The notes beneath the pieces were generated by a model. The model ran no database searches. It was given only the letters and a program-made list of their open reading frames with translations, and was not told the DNA's origin. Made by a program: the position numbers and the translations under genes. Shown piece by piece: positions 9,209 to 13,197 of a stretch of DNA of 13,197 nucleotides (position 1 is its first letter; each line of letters starts with the position of its first letter). Source of the stretch: Pseudobacteriovorax sp. (GTDB taxonomy: Bacteria > Bdellovibrionota_B > Oligoflexia > Oligoflexales > Oligoflexaceae). The stretch spans positions 1 to 13,197 of the forward strand of contig JBNKNM010000156.1 of NCBI GenBank assembly GCA_050293845.1, given 5' to 3'.

Positions 9209-9968
9209 TTTGTATCCTTTCATGTAAGTGGGAAATTTGTTCATGCCATGATTCAAAGATCTCCACGGTTGCGCCAACATAGATGATTCCTGGTCCTTTA
9301 GTTGTCTTGAGGCATTTATGATTTACTGCTGCGTTTAAATCATGAATTTGCCAATGCTGGTTCATGGCGGCATCGGATTCCACCAAAATCAACTTTTTAT
9401 TGGGGTTCGCACCTGCCTCGATGAGTCGGTGGGCAATCTCTGCGACTTTTTTTGAGGCCATAAATATAGCTAGAGTTCCATTAAAGCAGGCAAGGTCATG
9501 GTAATCGCTGGGTTCGTTGCCGAGGGTATGACCTTCTACGATCATTAATTTGCGAACTATACCTCTATGGGTGAGAGGAAGACCAATATTACTGGCGATA
9601 CCATTAAGCGAGGAAAGTCCGGGAACAATATTGATGCTAATACCTTTTTCCATGATGGCCTGAACTTCTTCACCGCCACGACCGAAAATGAAGGGGTCAC
9701 CACCTTTTAATCTCACCACATGATGTCCGGCAAGGGCCCACTTGATTAACTGCTTTTCAATTTGTCTTTGGGGAAGGATGTGGTTATCGCACCTCTTGCC
9801 AACATGAAAATGGGGAACTCCCTGAGGAAATATTTTCTGGAAATTGTTTGCTAGCAGGCTGTCATAGAAAATGACATCTGCTGATTGCAAAACCTTATAG
9901 GCTTTCATGGTCAAGAGTTCAGGGTCACCAGGCCCTGCACCAACTAGGCTAACGCTCCCGTTCGGCAT
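9180..9968 (-). CDS. cobA: uroporphyrinogen-III C-methyltransferase (SUMT)
   Basis: Motifs VSLVGAGPGDPELLT, VVRLKGGDPFIFGRGGEE and PLTHRG. ATG 9968 has GGAG 6 nt upstream; the ORF-track GTG at 9980 overlaps that SD. Confidence 0.94.
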   Translation of the reverse strand: MPNGSVSLVGAGPGDPELLTMKAYKVLQSADVIFYDSLLANNFQKIFPQGVPHFHVGKRCDNHILPQRQIEKQLIKWALAGHHVVRLKGGDPFIFGRGGEEVQAIMEKGISINIVPGLSSLNGIASNIGLPLTHRGIVRKLMIVEGHTLGNEPSDYHDLACFNGTLAIFMASKKVAEIAHRLIEAGANPNKKLILVESDAAMNQHWQIHDLNAAVNHKCLKTTKGPGIIYVGATVEIFESWHEQISHLHERIQSEQVATPIF

Positions 9969-9992
9969 AGCAAACTCCACATATGGATTCTA

Positions 9993-10016
9993 TATGACCT
10001 TTAACTGCGGGTCATA
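9993..10016 (-). promoter_or_regulatory. hairpin in the operon 5' leader
   Basis: mRNA sense UAUGACC-cgcaguuaaa-GGUCAUA is a perfect 7-bp stem between the leader ORF and the cobA SD. Confidence 0.5.
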
Positions 10017-10034
10017 AAAGCTTCTTAATTTTTT

Positions 10035-10070
10035 AATGAAAAATGAAAGACGTTGCTGAGATTAGCAACA
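10035..10070 (-). terminator. putative attenuator hairpin overlapping the last Cys codons and stop of the leader ORF, followed by a U-rich tract
   Basis: mRNA UGUUGCU-aaucuc-AGCAACG (6 Watson-Crick pairs plus U-G), followed by UCUUUCAUUUUUCAUU. Confidence 0.5.
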
Positions 10071-10175
10071 ACAAGAAAGGCAACAAAGACAGGGAATGAT
10101 GGCAAGGGTAGAAGGAGTAACAGTTATATGATCCTGGGATGTTTCCTGATATAATCGATGGAATTGTAAGTTCAT
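10062..10175 (-). CDS. putative cysteine-rich leader peptide, 37 aa (MNLQFHRLYQETSQDHITVTPSTLAIIPCLCCLSCCC)
   Basis: Translated by hand. The ATG at 10175 is preceded by AAAGGGT (SD-like). Six of the last nine sense codons are Cys, then TAA. It lies directly upstream of, and co-oriented with, the cys operon. Confidence 0.85.
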   Translation of the reverse strand: MNLQFHRLYQETSQDHITVTPSTLAIIPCLCCLSCCC

Positions 10176-10456
10176 CTTTGCGACCCTTTACGCAACAGTT
10201 GTTTTAACACCAATTTCCTTTTCGGATATTCTGGCCAGAAAGTCAATCTGTAAGGAGAAAAAAAAGTATTTTCCAGCTGTTAATTCCTCCTATTTCGAAG
10301 CTTTGTAGCAAAATTCTTAATAATTCCAATTGCTAAATTTGATTTTGAGGGCGAGCCTTTTCCTTTAAAAAAATTAAATGATTGCATTTGCTTTGGTCTT
10401 TGCCAAAATCGCAAGGAAAGGGCTGTGGTATCCTGGGGTAATGAGTTCCATGCTAT

Positions 10457-11812
10457 TCAGGGTGAAATCAACCATTGCTGGTTTAATCCACCATTTGTCG
10501 GCCATTGAATATTTTGTGCACCATCTAGTGTAGATGCACCGCTAATATCTAGCAACTTCCCGCTATTGCGATTAACAATGCTGTAATAACCGTTGCCAAG
10601 GGGTATTATACGCCAATCTTGACTTGTCCCGCCACTCTCAGCGTTCTGAACGTTTTCAGCTCCATTCTGTGAAGATGTTCCCCTAATATCGAAAAAATGA
10701 CCACTAAGAGTACTTACAATATTATAATAGCCATTATCTTTTCTTATAATATTCCATTTTTGAAACTCATAATTTTCATCAGGGTACTGTTGGATCAAGG
10801 CATCTTCTGCAAATTTGTTTGTGCCGCTAATGGTCAGAACTTTGCCACTATTTCGGTTGATTATTCTATAACTATCTGGAAAAATATGGTTTTCTGCTTC
10901 GATGCTAGACAAGGTCACCACAACTGGTTGAATGGCACCATCCGCGCTAAAGTGGAGCCGATCGATAGCAACCTCACGATGATAACCATCTCCTCCCGGT
11001 ATGGCAAAGCGATGATAAACCATATAATAATCGTCATTGTTGATATCCTTTAGAACGGAGTTATGTCCTGTTCCCAAAATACCAAGTGAAGAGTTTTTCA
11101 TTAAAATTATCGTATTTTGATTTGTAAATGGACCTAAGGGATTATCGGCCGTAGCATAGCCTATGCGATAGTCTTCGCTCCTAGTATCATTTTCAGACCA
11201 TAATAAATAGTATATGCCGTTTCTTTTGAAGACTTCAGCACCTTCATTAAAGCCTGATGGAGTGATGTTTTGAGGGGGAGTATTAAACGAGATCATATCA
11301 GCATTTAACTTAGCTACATGCAAGGCACCTTGCCCGAAGTATAGATATGCCTGTCCATCATCATCAATAAACACATCAGGATCAATAGACTGCCCCCCAT
11401 ATTCACCCACTGTTACTAAAGGCCCACCGATAGCATCAACAAATGGGCCTATGGGCGAGGATGACTTTGCAACTCCGATTTGTTGATCAGCACAAAAATA
11501 AAAATAGAATACGCCATCTTTTTGTGCGATGCTTGGCGCCCAGGCATTATCAGTAGCCCAACTTACATTAGCGAAGTTTAGGATTTCTCCATCATCTTGC
11601 CAGTGAATCAAATCAGTAGATGAAAACACACGATAGCGATCAGACATCCAGCCTATAGAGCCATCCGTTGTGGGGTAAATATAATATGTATCACCCACGA
11701 TAAGTACTTCAGGGTCTGCATATAATCCCGAAAATATCGGATTTTCAGAGTATCCAAGATTTGCCACAAATAGAAGTATGAAAGCAACAACTGCGTGCTT
11801 AACTTTTGACAT
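10457..11812 (-). CDS. secreted glycoside hydrolase family 43 with C-terminal ricin-B (CBM13-like) domain
   Basis: Signal peptide, then YADP (catalytic base), WAP, SIDP (pKa modulator), NEG (acid) and GHNS. QxW repeats (QKW, QDW, QQW) and NRNSGK repeats occur in the C-terminus. SD GAGGGG. Confidence 0.92.
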   Translation of the reverse strand: MSKVKHAVVAFILLFVANLGYSENPIFSGLYADPEVLIVGDTYYIYPTTDGSIGWMSDRYRVFSSTDLIHWQDDGEILNFANVSWATDNAWAPSIAQKDGVFYFYFCADQQIGVAKSSSPIGPFVDAIGGPLVTVGEYGGQSIDPDVFIDDDGQAYLYFGQGALHVAKLNADMISFNTPPQNITPSGFNEGAEVFKRNGIYYLLWSENDTRSEDYRIGYATADNPLGPFTNQNTIILMKNSSLGILGTGHNSVLKDINNDDYYMVYHRFAIPGGDGYHREVAIDRLHFSADGAIQPVVVTLSSIEAENHIFPDSYRIINRNSGKVLTISGTNKFAEDALIQQYPDENYEFQKWNIIRKDNGYYNIVSTLSGHFFDIRGTSSQNGAENVQNAESGGTSQDWRIIPLGNGYYSIVNRNSGKLLDISGASTLDGAQNIQWPTNGGLNQQWLISP

Positions 11813-12045
11813 TAATTTAATCCCCTCTTATCAAGCTTTCACTTTGATAGATATACTTTCGTAACCGTTCACTACCTAGCTTGTCATGTCTTGACAAATT
11901 TATTTAGATAGCTTTCGATTGAGGCTAGCTTTAATCACCCTGGATCGATCTAGAGTAGTTCCACTAACCTATATTATCGGTAATAGTAACGAAAGTTGAT
12001 TGCTGAAGTAAAGTTTAGAGAAATTAAATCGTGGCTGCGGTCATG

Positions 12046-12072
12046 GATGGGTTGGCAGAACGCGAACCCATC
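12046..12072. terminator. stem-loop just downstream of the metalloprotease stop
   Basis: GATGGGTT (12046-12053) and AACCCATC (12065-12072) form an 8-bp stem 14 nt past the stop. There is no U-tract on the minus strand. Confidence 0.4.
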
Positions 12073-12086
12073 TTGGTGAAAAAATA

Positions 12087-13127
12087 TTAGTAGCTGCAGC
12101 AACGCACACTAATATTATCACAATAGCTACCTGAGCAACGCATACCGGTCACCGCTTTACCACGGGAGCATATATGATGGTGAGCATTCTTAAAGTATCC
12201 TTCTTCCTCACTAAAGGCTGCAGACCAATAGCAGTCTTTAACTGATTGTTCAGCTACTTCGTAGGTTAATATCATATTATCACAGTAACGGCCTTTGCAC
12301 GCGATGCTCTTGACGAAACCGTTATTAGTCATCACTTCGCCGTCATCGGAAAACTGTGCTGACTTTATGGTTTGCCGGGTTAAGGGTTGAGCCGGCTCTG
12401 CGCAGAAAATCCTTTTATTGTCACAGTATTTCCCATAGCAAGCTAGGCCAATCATAACGCTCGATCCGCTACAGCTGGAACTACCTTGTTCTTCACTAAA
12501 AACGTTGGGAATGGCATTCTCAGGATTATCGAAAATGCCATTAGGATATCGCGTCATAGCTCCCAATTTATCCAAAACTGAAGGCCGTGCCCGATCCCAA
12601 TCGGAGTTATTGTAAGCCTTTGACGCAAAAGGATAGTACATGATTGAACGGTTATCTATCTCCGATAGAGGAATACCTCGATCATTGTGTTCATGGGTAA
12701 ATCCAAGGGTATGGCCCCACTCATGGATCATAATTCCGTACAATATTTCATTCATTAATGAACCATGGTTAATTAACTTGCCTTCGATTAAATTGAGATT
12801 TAAAGGCTGATTCTTATACGAACTAGGGTAGGTGGCAGAAGCTCGCGCCGCATTGGGGTCATCTATAGCTCTAATGACATAGTCTGGCTTATTGTTGCAT
12901 GAAACTTCCTTATAAAGAACATTGGCATATTCTTGCCATTCCCCGATCGTAGATTTGGCAACTCTGCTTACCGTGGCTCGATGGTTTCCTAAGTTAGAAT
13001 GTAAGCAATAACTGACTTTAGATTTCTGTTTAGCGCTGATAGTTGCAAGATTGAGCTTTGACATGGCACCGTGTTTATCGCCACATGATACCAGCCATAG
13101 AACGCTAATAATTATTCCTAATTTCAT
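12087..13127 (-). CDS. lipoprotein metzincin Zn-metalloprotease (astacin/matrixin-like) with three Cys-rich C-terminal repeats
   Basis: Lipobox LVSC after MK and a hydrophobic core. HEWGHTLGFTHE (HExxHxxGxxH, 12693-12725) and Met-turn SIMYY. FS[ED][ED]...CxGxYCDN occurs three times. ATG 13127 has a GGAG SD. Confidence 0.88.
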   Translation of the reverse strand: MKLGIIISVLWLVSCGDKHGAMSKLNLATISAKQKSKVSYCLHSNLGNHRATVSRVAKSTIGEWQEYANVLYKEVSCNNKPDYVIRAIDDPNAARASATYPSSYKNQPLNLNLIEGKLINHGSLMNEILYGIMIHEWGHTLGFTHEHNDRGIPLSEIDNRSIMYYPFASKAYNNSDWDRARPSVLDKLGAMTRYPNGIFDNPENAIPNVFSEEQGSSSCSGSSVMIGLACYGKYCDNKRIFCAEPAQPLTRQTIKSAQFSDDGEVMTNNGFVKSIACKGRYCDNMILTYEVAEQSVKDCYWSAAFSEEEGYFKNAHHHICSRGKAVTGMRCSGSYCDNISVRCCSY

Positions 13128-13131
13128 CAAA

Positions 13132-13178
13132 CTTCTCCAGGAAACCCGGTCTCTTTAGGGCCGGGAGGAATGGAGAAG
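13132..13178 (+). mobile_element. GC-rich hairpin resembling an IS200/IS605-family subterminal palindrome (or a REP-like element); any element body would lie beyond the window
   Basis: Outer arms CTTCTCCA/TGGAGAAG, a GGAAA/AGGAA internal loop and inner stem CCCGGTC...GGCCGGG around TCTTTAG. The CTTTAGGG...GGGAGGA pattern recalls IS605-type ends. GC content rises abruptly here. Confidence 0.5.
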
Positions 13179-13197
13179 CCCTGCGGCGAGCATCGAA

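Noticed and set aside
8574..9280. N-terminal extensions of cysI (to 8645) and of the dehydrogenase/ferrochelatase (to 9280)
   Set aside because: They create long overlaps with upstream genes. The downstream starts at 8573 and 9208 have SDs and match where family homology begins.
10062..10175. Alternative reading of the Cys-rich peptide as a metallothionein or RiPP precursor
   Set aside because: There are no modification or export genes nearby, the Cys are confined to the pre-stop codons, and the position upstream of the Cys biosynthesis operon favours a leader peptide. Not formally excluded.
9969..10456. SAM (S-box), T-box, cobalamin or c-di-GMP riboswitch upstream of the operon
   Set aside because: I found no matching consensus cores by eye; GCAAAG-like words are isolated. 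A cmscan against Rfam would be decisive.
10697..11053. 118-aa plus-strand ORF
   Set aside because: Antisense shadow of the GH43 gene.
1..13197. CRISPR array, tRNA, rRNA or tandem DNA repeats
   Set aside because: No regularly spaced direct repeats or RNA-gene signatures seen.

Overview
AT-rich bacterial DNA. Most of the window is a compact minus-strand sulfate-assimilation and cysteine-biosynthesis operon (about 1366-9968). In transcription order it reads cobA/cysG methyltransferase, precorrin-2 dehydrogenase/ferrochelatase, cysI/sir, cysH (APS-reductase type), cysD, cysN, a DUF2061 membrane protein with a degenerate APS-kinase-like tail, cysE and cysK. The main finding is a 37-codon ORF missing from the ORF track (10062-10175, minus strand), 93 nt upstream of the first operon gene. 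It ends in CLCCLSCCC*, its last Cys codons and stop codon form a hairpin followed by a U-rich tract, and further hairpins lie between it and the cobA ribosome-binding site. This is the architecture of a cysteine-sensing leader-peptide attenuator; the function is inferred. Other points of interest are two apparently decayed APS-kinase domains, a CysD that keeps a CC...CxxC Fe-S-like motif, and an unannotated 47-aa membrane or secreted protein. Flanking genes encode a hypothetical protein, a secreted GH43 with a ricin-B domain, and a metzincin lipoprotein with three Cys-rich repeats. An IS200/IS605-like hairpin sits at the right edge.
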